Source of the DNA: Nannocystaceae bacterium
GTDB lineage: Bacteria > Myxococcota_A > Polyangia > Nannocystales > Nannocystaceae
NCBI GenBank assembly: GCA_040265175.1
Contig: JBDQGY010000001.1
Location: 1 to 54,254 of the forward strand
Length of the DNA stretch: 54,254 bases
Direction of reading: 5' to 3'
The number at the start of each line of letters is the position of its first letter. Positions within the stretch are counted from its first letter, which is position 1. The translations under genes were made by a program, and so were the position numbers. The notes under the pieces were generated by a model. That model was not told the origin of the DNA, did no database searches, and saw only the letters and a list, made by a program, of their open reading frames with translations. Of this stretch, positions 7,354-16,345 are shown piece after piece.

Positions 7354-10209
7354 GTGCCGAGTTCACGAACCAAGTCTGCGCGCGAGCCTGATTTCATTGA
7401 AGTGCGGGGGGCGGGGGAGCACAACCTCAGCATCGACCGACTCAAAATACCGAAGCGACAGCTCGTGGTGTTCACGGGGGTGAGCGGTTCGGGCAAGTCG
7501 AGCCTGGCGTTCGACACCTTGTACGCCGAGGGGCAGCGGAGGTACGTCGAGAGCCTCAGCGCGTACGCGCGGCAGTTCCTTGGTCAGCTTGAGCGACCGA
7601 AGGTGGAGCATCTAACGGGCCTGTCCCCCACCATCGCCATCGAGCAAAAGAGCGCCTCGAACAACCCGCGCTCCACGGTGGGTACCATCACCGAGATCTA
7701 TGATTATCTGCGGGTGCTCTACGCGCGCATCGGCGTCCAGCACTGCTCGAAGTGCGGGTCTGTGGTTCAAAACCAGAGCTCGCAGCAGGTGGTGGCCGAG
7801 GTGCTCGGGCTCCCTGAGGGCACCAAGGCCCTGCTGCTCGCGCCGCTGGTGCGCCACCGGAAAGGCGAGTTTCGCGAACTCTTCGAGGAGCTGCGCGGTC
7901 GGGGCTACGCGCGGGTCGTGGTCGATGGCGAGACCCATCGCCTGGAGACGCCGCCGACCCTGGACAAGAAGTACAAGCACGACATCTCCCTGGTCGTCGA
8001 TCGCATCGTCATTAAAGAGTCCCATCGTCGCCGAATCACGGAGAGCGTGGAGTTGGCGCTGCGGGAGGGGAAGGGCTCGGTGGTGATCGAGCCCGTGGGG
8101 GCAGACGACGTCGAGCCGCTCGAATTCTCTCAAGACCGAAGCTGTTGCGGCATCGCCTACCCGGAGCTGTCTCCGCAGAGTTTCTCCTTCAACAGCCCCC
8201 TCGGGTGTTGCAGCGCCTGCAACGGGCTCGGCACCCGCATGGAGGTGGACCCCGATCTTGTGATCCCCAACGAGGAGCTCTCGATCAACGAGGGAGCCAT
8301 CGCGCCGTGGGCCTCGGCGGTGGATCGCGGCGAGGGGTGGACATATCGGATCATCGAGGCGCTGGCGGAGACCTGCGACGTCGACCTTGACGTCCCGTGG
8401 AAGAAACTAAGCAAGGCGAAGAAGACCAAGGTGCTGTTCGGCGCCGGAAACCGTCGCCTCAAGGTGTCGTGGGGGAGCGAGGAGTCGGACAGTCACGGCA
8501 CCTGGGGGATGCGGTTCGAGGGCGTCATCTCCAATCTTGAGCGACGCTACTCCGAATCAGCCACCGAGTCCGCGCGGGATCGGCACAGCCGCTATTTCGT
8601 CGAGCAGCCCTGCGAGCGATGCAAAGGACGGCGCTTGCGCGATGAGTCTCTGTCCGTCCACGTGGAAGATCTGAGCATCGCGGAGGTGACGTCGAGGACC
8701 GTCCGGGCGGCGCATGACCACTTCGAGGCGTTCGCGCTCTCCGGGTCTCAGCTCGTCATCGCGGAGGGTGTGCTCCGAGAGATTCGCAATCGCTTGAAGT
8801 TTCTTGTGGACGTGGGGCTCGACTACCTGACGCTCGACCGCTCCGGACCGACCCTCTCGGGTGGGGAGGCGCAGCGCATTCGGCTCGCGAGTCAGCTTGG
8901 ATCGGAGCTCTCCGGGGTGATGTACGTTCTCGACGAGCCGAGCATCGGGTTGCATCAGCGGGACAACCAGCGCCTGATCAAGACGCTGCAGCGGCTGCGA
9001 GATTTGGGAAACTCCGTGGTGGTGGTCGAGCATGATGAGGACACCATTCGCGCCGCGGATTTTGTCGCCGACTTCGGTCCAGGAGCGGGGCATTTGGGGG
9101 GCGAGGTCGTCTTCGCGGGCACGCCCGCCCGTCTTGAGCGGTCCACGAAGTCGCTGACCGGCAAGTACCTGTCTGGGAAGCGGAGCATCGAGACGCCCTC
9201 CGAGCGCAGGGAGGCCACGGGCAAACTGACCATTCGCGGCGCCGCTGAGCACAACCTCAAGGGCATCGATGTCGATCTGCCCCTCGGAGGCATGGTCGCC
9301 GTGACCGGGGTGAGCGGCGCGGGCAAGTCTTCGCTGATCAACGGGATCTTGCTGCCCGCGCTGGGCCGGGCGCTGCACGGCGGCAGCGGCAGGGTCGGCG
9401 CGCACAAGAGCATCGAGGGCCTCGACCAGATCGACAAGGTCATCGCCATCGACCAACGCCCCATCGGTCGCACCCCCCGCTCCAACCCGGGGACCTACAC
9501 CAAGGCCTTCGACGAGATACGGATGTTGTTCGCGCAGCTGCCCGAGTCTCGCGCGCGGGGATGGAAGGCGGGGCGCTTCTCGTTCAACGTCCGCGGCGGT
9601 CGCTGCGAGTCGTGCCAGGGCGACGGCGTGGTGAAGGTGGAGATGCACTTTTTGGCCGACGTCTACGTGTCGTGCGAGGTGTGTCAGGGCCGTCGCTACA
9701 ACGAGCAGACGCTCGGGGTGCGGTACAAGGGGTTCACCGTCACCGACGTCCTCAATTTGAGCATCGATCAGTGCTACGAGCTGTTCGCCCATCACCGCAA
9801 GCTCAAGCGCATCTTGGAGACGCTCCGCGACGTGGGCCTGGGCTATATGAAGATTGGACAGACGGCGACCACCATGTCGGGCGGCGAGGCCCAGCGCATC
9901 AAGCTGAGCCGAGAGCTCGCGAAGGTGCAGACCGGGAGGACGCTCTACGTGCTCGACGAGCCCACCACGGGGCTGCACTTTGAGGACATCTCGAGGCTGC
10001 TCAAGGTCCTGCGTCGCCTCGTCGACGCGGGCAATACTGTGGTCGTGATCGAGCACAACCTCGACGTGATCAAGTGCGCCGACTGGCTCATCGACCTCGG
10101 GCCCGAGGGCGGGGCCGGCGGCGGTGAAGTGGTCGCCCAAGGCACCCCTGAGCGCGTGGCGAAGGTTAAGGGCTCGTACACTGGACGCTTTTTGAAGGCC
10201 TTGCTTTAA
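7354..10209 (+). CDS. uvrA: Excinuclease ABC subunit A
   Basis: ORF 7219..10209. IEVRGAGEHNL, two Walker A sites (GVSGSGKSSLAF; GVSGAGKSSL), ABC signatures (LSGGEAQR twice) and Zn-finger cysteines are present. The start is uncertain: in-frame TTG 7219, GTG 7330, GTG 7354. I list 7354 because it gives an N-terminus closest to canonical UvrA. Confidence 0.95.
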   Translation: MPSSRTKSAREPDFIEVRGAGEHNLSIDRLKIPKRQLVVFTGVSGSGKSSLAFDTLYAEGQRRYVESLSAYARQFLGQLERPKVEHLTGLSPTIAIEQKSASNNPRSTVGTITEIYDYLRVLYARIGVQHCSKCGSVVQNQSSQQVVAEVLGLPEGTKALLLAPLVRHRKGEFRELFEELRGRGYARVVVDGETHRLETPPTLDKKYKHDISLVVDRIVIKESHRRRITESVELALREGKGSVVIEPVGADDVEPLEFSQDRSCCGIAYPELSPQSFSFNSPLGCCSACNGLGTRMEVDPDLVIPNEELSINEGAIAPWASAVDRGEGWTYRIIEALAETCDVDLDVPWKKLSKAKKTKVLFGAGNRRLKVSWGSEESDSHGTWGMRFEGVISNLERRYSESATESARDRHSRYFVEQPCERCKGRRLRDESLSVHVEDLSIAEVTSRTVRAAHDHFEAFALSGSQLVIAEGVLREIRNRLKFLVDVGLDYLTLDRSGPTLSGGEAQRIRLASQLGSELSGVMYVLDEPSIGLHQRDNQRLIKTLQRLRDLGNSVVVVEHDEDTIRAADFVADFGPGAGHLGGEVVFAGTPARLERSTKSLTGKYLSGKRSIETPSERREATGKLTIRGAAEHNLKGIDVDLPLGGMVAVTGVSGAGKSSLINGILLPALGRALHGGSGRVGAHKSIEGLDQIDKVIAIDQRPIGRTPRSNPGTYTKAFDEIRMLFAQLPESRARGWKAGRFSFNVRGGRCESCQGDGVVKVEMHFLADVYVSCEVCQGRRYNEQTLGVRYKGFTVTDVLNLSIDQCYELFAHHRKLKRILETLRDVGLGYMKIGQTATTMSGGEAQRIKLSRELAKVQTGRTLYVLDEPTTGLHFEDISRLLKVLRRLVDAGNTVVVIEHNLDVIKCADWLIDLGPEGGAGGGEVVAQGTPERVAKVKGSYTGRFLKALL

Positions 10210-10308
10210 CCGACAGCCGCCGCGGATGCAGGCGACCACGAACGGTGTCGAGAACCCGTCGGCGCGCGCCGCTTGTGCTCCGCTCAAAACCTGATAAGAC
10301 AGGCCGGC

Positions 10309-10968
10309 ATGTCCCATGAACTCATCGAGGCCGAAGGGTTGAGGACGAGCGATGCCTATCGCTTGATGACCGATCTTGTGGCGCCTCGGCCCATCGCGTG
10401 GGTAGGGACCGTCGATGGGGAAGGGCGCCGCAACCTCGCGCCCTTCAGCTACTTTCAGGCGGTGTGCTCGCAGCCGCCGACCCTGGTGCTCAGCGTGGGG
10501 TGGCGTGGAGACGGTACCGCCAAGGACACCCTGCGCAACATCTTGGACACGCGGACATTCACGGTGTCCCACGTGTCGCGCCCGCTCGCGGAATCGATGA
10601 ACGCGACCGCAGCGGCGCTCGCTGCGGACGAGAGCGAGTGGGACGTCGTTGGCGTCAAGGGACGTCCGTCGACCCGCGTCCAGGCCCCGTGGGTCGAGGA
10701 TGCGCATGCTGCGTTCGAATGTTCGCTGCAGCAGGCGATCCCGTTGGGACACACGCGGCATGGGACACCCTCTTCGACCCTCCTGGTGGCCACGGTGCTG
10801 CTGTTCCATGTCCGAGAGGGCCTTTTGCGGCGAACCGAGGCCGGACGTCTGGCGCCGATGGACCCGTCCGCGCTTGACGCGGTCGGAAGACTGGGTGGAA
10901 TGACGTACACTGAGACATCGGCGCGCTTTGACCTGGCCCGCCCCATCGCTCCGGAGAAGCCTCGGTGA
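10309..10968 (+). CDS. Flavin reductase-like (FMN-binding split-barrel) protein
   Basis: The ORF track starts at 10273; ATG 10309 gives MSHELIE... The sequence AYRLMTDLVAPRPIAWVGTVDGEGRRNLAPFSYFQAVCSQPPTLVLSV is the typical flavin-reductase-domain N-terminus. Confidence 0.8.
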   Translation: MSHELIEAEGLRTSDAYRLMTDLVAPRPIAWVGTVDGEGRRNLAPFSYFQAVCSQPPTLVLSVGWRGDGTAKDTLRNILDTRTFTVSHVSRPLAESMNATAAALAADESEWDVVGVKGRPSTRVQAPWVEDAHAAFECSLQQAIPLGHTRHGTPSSTLLVATVLLFHVREGLLRRTEAGRLAPMDPSALDAVGRLGGMTYTETSARFDLARPIAPEKPR

Positions 10969-11954
10969 CTGAACCCGCCTCGCCCCACCACAACCAGCTC
11001 TTTACGGCGTTACCCGCGTCCGTCGAGGTGTACGAGGTGGGTCCGCGCGACGGCCTCCAGAATGAGAAAATGGTGGTCCCCACGGAGCTTAAGATCTCCA
11101 TGATCGAGCGGCTCGTGGAGGCTGGGGTGCGACGCATCGAGATCACGAGCTTTGTGAATCCGCGGTGGATTCCTGCTCTCGCCGATCACGCAGATGTCGC
11201 GGCGAGGCTGCGCCGCAGAGCGGACGTCCGCTACAGCGCGCTGGTTCCCAATATGCGGGGGCTCGAGGGGGCTGTGCGGGGAGGCATGGACGAGGTGGCG
11301 GTCTTCTTGGCGGCCAGTGAGAGCCACAACCGAAAAAATATTAACAAGTCGACGGCGGAGGCGCTCGACACCTATGCGCAGGTGATCGCCCAGGCGCGCG
11401 CGGAGGGCATGCGGGTCCGTGGCTATGTCAGCTGCGTCTACGGCTGCCCCTACGAGGGGAGCGTGCCGGTGGCGCAGGTAGAGGCCGTGTGTCTGCGGCT
11501 CCTTGAGCTTGGGGTGGAGGAGCTGAGCCTCGGAGACACGATCGGGGTGGGGACGCCGCGGCAGGTGGCGTTCGTGCTCGGGCATCTTCGCGAAGCGGGG
11601 ATCCCGTTGGAGAGGATGGCCGTTCACTTTCACGACACGCGCGGCACCGCCCTCGCGAACACGACGGTCGCGCTTCAAATGGGAGTGCGTGTGGTGGACA
11701 GCGCCCTCGGCGGCCTGGGCGGCTGCCCGTACGCGCCTGGCGCCTCGGGTAACGTCGCGACCGAAGACATCGTGTACATGCTCGACGGCATGGGCGTCGA
11801 CTGCGGCGTCGAACTCGATGCCTTGGTGCCGATCAGTCTGAGCCTCCAGACGCATCTCGGCCGCGAGCTGCCGAGCAAGTACCTCAAGGCGCACGTGGGA
11901 CACTTCGATCGGGCGGGGCGCTCGCTGAGCGTAGACCCGCAGTCGCGTGAGTGA
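10965..11954 (+). CDS. Hydroxymethylglutaryl-CoA lyase
   Basis: The GTG start overlaps the upstream stop (GTGA, 10965-10968). VEVYEVGPRDGLQNE, IEITSFVNPRWIPALAD, HFHDTRGTALAN and GLGGCPYAPGASGNVATED are present. Confidence 0.9.
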   Translation: MTEPASPHHNQLFTALPASVEVYEVGPRDGLQNEKMVVPTELKISMIERLVEAGVRRIEITSFVNPRWIPALADHADVAARLRRRADVRYSALVPNMRGLEGAVRGGMDEVAVFLAASESHNRKNINKSTAEALDTYAQVIAQARAEGMRVRGYVSCVYGCPYEGSVPVAQVEAVCLRLLELGVEELSLGDTIGVGTPRQVAFVLGHLREAGIPLERMAVHFHDTRGTALANTTVALQMGVRVVDSALGGLGGCPYAPGASGNVATEDIVYMLDGMGVDCGVELDALVPISLSLQTHLGRELPSKYLKAHVGHFDRAGRSLSVDPQSRE

Positions 11955-11960
11955 TAAGCG

Positions 11961-13040
11961 TCAGCCGCGGGACTGCGTGAACAGGCGCACGAGGTGCTCG
12001 CTCACCTCGTCGGACAGCCGGAGCAAAGTGTCGTTGCGCACGGAGAAGCGTGTCCCATGGGCGAAGCACACGAGGGGGACACGGTGCTCCACCACGATTG
12101 GCAGCACAAGCACGTTCCCGCTGATTCCCCCGAGAGCCGCTGAGAAAGCCTTGTCGACCTCTTGTGCCCGAGGCATGGGCCCAAACAGCGGCATCATGCG
12201 ATCGATGGCTGTGCGAAATAGGGAGGGAGAGGAACTGTCGAGCCGCACCTGTCGCACCGCTTGCGGATCGATATTGGCGCCGCGGGCGTCAATTCCCCTC
12301 AGTTCGTCGTGGGAATGTAGAAACAGGATCGTCTGGGCGAATCCCGCGCCGACAAAGTCGAGCAGGTGGGCGATGAGTGTGTCGCGGTCCGTGGACGACT
12401 CCAGCTGTTGAATGCATGCGTCGGCGGCTTCGCTTGAAAGTGGGATGGCAGCGCGCTGTGGCTTTCGCAGCGGCGGGGACCAGCGAGCTGTGAGTGTGTG
12501 GCTGGCCGTGCGCGGACCTCGGGCGGTGGGCGTCGCGGGACGATCGGGATCTTGGGGCTGCTCGAGCACGCGCAGCGGGACCGCCTCTGGCTTGGTGGTG
12601 GGGCTCGGGAGGGGTCCGAACCGATCGATGAGCGCCGTGTCGAGCTCGTCCACCGGCGCGGCGGCGCGGATGACGTACCCACCCCAGTGGGCCTTCACCG
12701 CGTGCACGGCGGCGTCGTCGGTGGGGTCGGCCATGGCCAAGGTAAGATTGCCCACGTGGTCGATGGCGACGGGGAGCACCCGGTGCTTCATGGCGAGCTC
12801 AGCGGGGATGGCTGTCGACGTCTCTGGGGCGACGCGGAGCAGCAGATTTGCGCGTACCGCGGGGATCTTGAGCTTATTTTGGACGAAGGCCACCAGCCCC
12901 GATCCGTCCATCAGCCCCAGCGCGACAACCCCGTGGGCGAAGGTGGAGGCCTCCGCTGCCTGGAGCGTCGCCACGTCGCGAGACTGCCCCGCCGTCAGTA
13001 ATCCGGCGCGTGTGAGCAAGGTGGCGAGTGGGGCGGTCAT
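11961..13040 (-). CDS. T2SS-E N-terminal (MshEN-like) domain protein with uncharacterised C-terminal domain
   Basis: ORF track 11961..13883, but the upstream 281 codons are antisense to the cysteine desulfurase gene. ATG 13040 gives MTAPLATLLTRAGLLTAGQSRDVATLQ...AELAMKHRVLPVAIDHVGNLTLAMADPTDDAAVHAV. This is the GspE/MshE N-domain pattern. Confidence 0.7.
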   Translation of the reverse strand: MTAPLATLLTRAGLLTAGQSRDVATLQAAEASTFAHGVVALGLMDGSGLVAFVQNKLKIPAVRANLLLRVAPETSTAIPAELAMKHRVLPVAIDHVGNLTLAMADPTDDAAVHAVKAHWGGYVIRAAAPVDELDTALIDRFGPLPSPTTKPEAVPLRVLEQPQDPDRPATPTARGPRTASHTLTARWSPPLRKPQRAAIPLSSEAADACIQQLESSTDRDTLIAHLLDFVGAGFAQTILFLHSHDELRGIDARGANIDPQAVRQVRLDSSSPSLFRTAIDRMMPLFGPMPRAQEVDKAFSAALGGISGNVLVLPIVVEHRVPLVCFAHGTRFSVRNDTLLRLSDEVSEHLVRLFTQSRG

Positions 13041-13223
13041 GGTGGGGCGCGAACGCGGGGGACCCCTAGTGTCTCCGCACACGCGCGTGCAGGTCAACTG
13101 CCCGCGAATGGACCCGCGCGCGGCCCAGAGCGCGGCGGTTACCACGGTCGCAGCAAAATCGGGAATTTGAGGGTCGAGGGGGCTGACCCACGGCCGGGAT
13201 GTGCTGGTATACGGGAGTTGACG

Positions 13224-14411
13224 GTGATCTATCTCGACAACAACGCCACCACGTCGCTCGACCCACGCGTGGCCGCGTCCATTCGCAACTACCTTGAGGG
13301 CACCAGCGCGCCGTGCAATCCGTCGTCGGTTCACGCGGCGGGGCGGCAGGCGCGGGGTGCATTTGAGCGCGCACGTCGAATCGTGGCGGAGGCACTCGGC
13401 GCAGAACCGCTCGGTCTGACCTTCACGGGAAGCGGGACCGAGTCGATCAATCTCGCGTTGGTGGGACGGTGTCGCGCGGCGCGGAAGAAGGGGGCACCAT
13501 GCGGGCTGCTGACGACGCGCATGGAGCACGCCGCCGTCCTCGAGAGCGCGGGCTTGCTCGAGAGCGAGGGACACGAGGTGCACTGGTTGGACGTGGACGA
13601 GCACGGCGCGGTCACCCCGGAGGCCGCCGTCAAGGTACTCACCGCCCATGAAAATATCGGGGTTGTCTCCATAGGCATGGTGAACTCTGAGCTTGGAAAT
13701 CTTTGTGACATCAAGCGGTTGTGTCGAGTTCTCAAAGGGGTGCGCGAGGATGTCGTCGTCCACACCGACGCGGTCCAGGCGCTGGGGAAGACCCCGCTTC
13801 ATTTTGGCGATCTTGGCGTCGACATGATGAGCGTGACAGCACATAAAGTTCACGGCCCCGTGGGTATCGCGGCGCTCGTCCATGCCCGTGGCCTAGAGCT
13901 TGATCCTGTGTTGCGAGGTGGGTCGCAAGAACGCGGTCGCCGACCAGGGACGCCGAGCGTGATGTTGGCAGAAGCCTTCGCGGTCGCCGCATCACTGGCA
14001 GCGGAGGAGGTTGAGGAGCGCCGCGCGCACACTCAAGATCTGCGGCGGCGGCTCGTGGCGCTGGTGGAAGCCCACGACGGGGTCGTGCTCGGCTCGGCCT
14101 CCTTGCAGGTGGGCAATACGGTGAGCGCCCGGTTCCCCGGGTGCGAGGGGGCGACCTTGGCGATGGCGCTGGATCTTGAGGGCGCGTGCGTGTCCACGGG
14201 CTCCGCGTGCAGCTCGGGTGTGGCCAAGGCCTCCGCGACCATGCGGGCGATCGGGCTGTCGGATTTGGAGGGGCAGCAGGTGATCCGAATTTCTCTGGGC
14301 AAAGACAACACCGCGGAGGAGCTTGAGCGCTTTGATGTGATCCTGGGCGGCGTGCTCGCTCAGATGCGCAGCAGCGTCCGCACGGAACTGAAGACTGGGG
14401 GTGCGGCGTGA
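13224..14411 (+). CDS. Cysteine desulfurase (NifS/IscS-type class V aminotransferase)
   Basis: ORF 13167..14411. The likely start is GTG 13224 (VIYLDNNATT) or TTG 13218. The PLP lysine sits in SVTAHKVHGP, the RRPGTPSV motif is present, and the catalytic Cys sits in STGSACSS. Confidence 0.9.
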   Translation: MIYLDNNATTSLDPRVAASIRNYLEGTSAPCNPSSVHAAGRQARGAFERARRIVAEALGAEPLGLTFTGSGTESINLALVGRCRAARKKGAPCGLLTTRMEHAAVLESAGLLESEGHEVHWLDVDEHGAVTPEAAVKVLTAHENIGVVSIGMVNSELGNLCDIKRLCRVLKGVREDVVVHTDAVQALGKTPLHFGDLGVDMMSVTAHKVHGPVGIAALVHARGLELDPVLRGGSQERGRRPGTPSVMLAEAFAVAASLAAEEVEERRAHTQDLRRRLVALVEAHDGVVLGSASLQVGNTVSARFPGCEGATLAMALDLEGACVSTGSACSSGVAKASATMRAIGLSDLEGQQVIRISLGKDNTAEELERFDVILGGVLAQMRSSVRTELKTGGAA

Positions 14412-15484
14412 GGGTGGTCTGCGCCATGTCCGGAGGTGTCGATTCCTCGGTCGCAGCCGCGCTCCTTGTGGAGCAAGGCCTCGAGGTCGTGGGCATGACC
14501 ATGCGGCTGTACGACGCGCGTGACCAGCCGCGGCGTGGGCGTGGTGGGACCTGCTGTTCGCCGGCGGAGGTGGACCTCGCGCAGCGGGCGTGCGAGCAAC
14601 TGGGCATCCCGCACTACGTGGTGGATGAGCAGCAGCGCTTCCAAGAGGCGGTGATCGATGATTTCGCGCGTGAGTACGCGGCGGGCCGCACACCGAATCC
14701 GTGCGCGCGTTGCAACGAGCACGTGAAATTTGGACCGCTGTTGACTCGGGCGCGCGCGTTGGGAGCCACGTATATGGCCACGGGACACTACGCGCGCATC
14801 GAGGACGGCGCGCTGCTTCGTGGTGTGGACCCCGCCAAAGACCAGAGCTACTTTTTGTTTGCGATGGGCAAGGACACCCTGGCCGACGTCCGCTTTCCGC
14901 TCGGTGGCTGGACCAAGGAGCGGGTGCGCGCGTACGCACAAGAGCGTCACATGCCCAACTGGGACGCTCCGGACAGCCAAGAGCTGTGCTTCGTCCCCGA
15001 CGGAGACCACGGGGCGGTGGTCGAGCGGCGCGCGGAGGCGCTTGGGCTGGGGGCCGACTCCCTCGCGGAGGGGGAGGTGATAGATGAAGAGGGCCGCAGT
15101 CTCGGGACCCACAAGGGGATCCATCGGGTCACGGTGGGACAGCGCCGAGGCCTCGGCGTGTCTTCTCCACGGCCTCGTTACGTGCTCCGGGTGCTCCCCG
15201 AGGCGCGACAAGTAGTCGTGGGGGACGCGGAGGCGCTGGCACGTCGGGTGCTCGACGTCGCTGATTTTCGTCGCCTCGACGACCTTGACGATGACACACC
15301 CATCCAGTGCTCGGTTCAAATACGCCATCGCTCGCCGGCCCAGCCCGCCACCTTGCGCGTGGTGGGGTCGCGGGCCACGGTGGAGTTCGACGCGCCGGTG
15401 CGCGCGGTGGCGCCTGGACAGGCGGCGGTCGCGTTCGCGGGGGACCGGGTGCTCGGCGGAGGCTGGATCGAGAGCGCGCGCTGA
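14408..15484 (+). CDS. mnmA: tRNA 2-thiouridine(34) synthase
   Basis: The GTG start overlaps the upstream stop (GTGA 14408-14411). It has the PP-loop CAMSGGVDSS, NPCARCNEHVKF, ATGHYAR and DQSYFL. Confidence 0.93.
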   Translation: MRVVCAMSGGVDSSVAAALLVEQGLEVVGMTMRLYDARDQPRRGRGGTCCSPAEVDLAQRACEQLGIPHYVVDEQQRFQEAVIDDFAREYAAGRTPNPCARCNEHVKFGPLLTRARALGATYMATGHYARIEDGALLRGVDPAKDQSYFLFAMGKDTLADVRFPLGGWTKERVRAYAQERHMPNWDAPDSQELCFVPDGDHGAVVERRAEALGLGADSLAEGEVIDEEGRSLGTHKGIHRVTVGQRRGLGVSSPRPRYVLRVLPEARQVVVGDAEALARRVLDVADFRRLDDLDDDTPIQCSVQIRHRSPAQPATLRVVGSRATVEFDAPVRAVAPGQAAVAFAGDRVLGGGWIESAR

Positions 15485-15535
15485 CTCGCGCCGCACGGAC
15501 TCACGACGCACCAAATCATCACGAGAGACCACGCC

Positions 15536-16327
15536 ATGTACGCGCTTCCCCATCGACTGCTGAGCCTGCTGGAACAGCCCCCCGAGTGCGAGGGGATGGC
15601 CGAGCGACTCGCGCCGCTTGAGGCGGTGATTGGCTACACGTTCCGTCGGCGGGAGCTGCTTCGGGTGGCCCTCACGCACCGCACCTACGCCCACGAGCGG
15701 CGCGACGGGTGGGACAGCTACGGCGTCCTGGAATTCGTAGGGGACGCAGTCCTTGACTTGTTGATCGCCCAGCGGCTGTGGCTCGATTTCCCCGACGCGG
15801 ACGAGGGGGTGCTGACGCGGCTGAGGACCGCGGTGGTGTCGGAGGCACCGCTGGCGCGGTGCGCGGCAGGAATCGAGCTTGGAACCTATTTGTACCTGGG
15901 GCGGGGCGCCGAGTTGCAGGGGATGCGCACGCGACCCAGCGTGCTCTCTGATGCGTTCGAGGCCGTGATCGCGGCGATCTTTTTGGACGCTCAGCATGCC
16001 GGCCGCGACGCCTATGCGGCGGCGTGGCAGGTGGTGGAGCGGGTGATGGGCGCGCAGATCGACGCGGTGGGGATCGACGACGGCGTCGACGCCAAGTCGC
16101 AGCTGCAGTGGCGGGTGCAAGAGATGCACAAGAGCAGCCCGCGGTATGAGGTGACAGAGCGATCCGCGGCCTCCGAGCAGTGCGGGTCGTTGGCTCCGAT
16201 TTTCGACGCCGTCGCGTGGGTCGAGATCGACGGCGCGCGCGCGGAGCTCGGGCGAGGTCGCGGGGACAGCCGACAAAAAGCCGAGACGGCGGCGGCGGCG
16301 GCGGCCCTCGTCGGCCTGCGCAAGTAG
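15536..16327 (+). CDS. rnc: Ribonuclease III
   Basis: Contains LEAVIGYTFRRRELLRVALTH and LEFVGDAVLDLLIAQRL (catalytic signature). It also has SDAFEAVIAAIFLD and a C-terminal dsRBD (KSQLQWRVQE..AAAAAL). Confidence 0.93.
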   Translation: MYALPHRLLSLLEQPPECEGMAERLAPLEAVIGYTFRRRELLRVALTHRTYAHERRDGWDSYGVLEFVGDAVLDLLIAQRLWLDFPDADEGVLTRLRTAVVSEAPLARCAAGIELGTYLYLGRGAELQGMRTRPSVLSDAFEAVIAAIFLDAQHAGRDAYAAAWQVVERVMGAQIDAVGIDDGVDAKSQLQWRVQEMHKSSPRYEVTERSAASEQCGSLAPIFDAVAWVEIDGARAELGRGRGDSRQKAETAAAAAALVGLRK

Positions 16328-16345
16328 GCGCGTATCGACGGCGGC

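Noticed and set aside
8557-10809. 750-aa minus-strand ORF antisense to uvrA. Similar long antisense or off-frame ORFs are 3828..4748(+), 5866..7152(+), 11010..11903(-), 14360..16276(-), 19352..21106(-), 24706..26445(-), 30132..31634(+), 31990..33243(-), 44074..45045(-), 45119..46204(-), 50251..51540(-) and 53179..54159(-).
   Set aside because: Each overlaps a gene with unmistakable homology or motifs on the other strand or frame. Their products are Arg/Pro/Gly/Ser-rich and lack motifs. Stop-free antisense frames are expected at this G+C content.
13041-13883. N-terminal 281 codons of ORF 11961..13883(-)
   Set aside because: This part is antisense to the cysteine desulfurase gene and has no domain content. 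The MshEN-like domain begins right at the internal ATG 13040.
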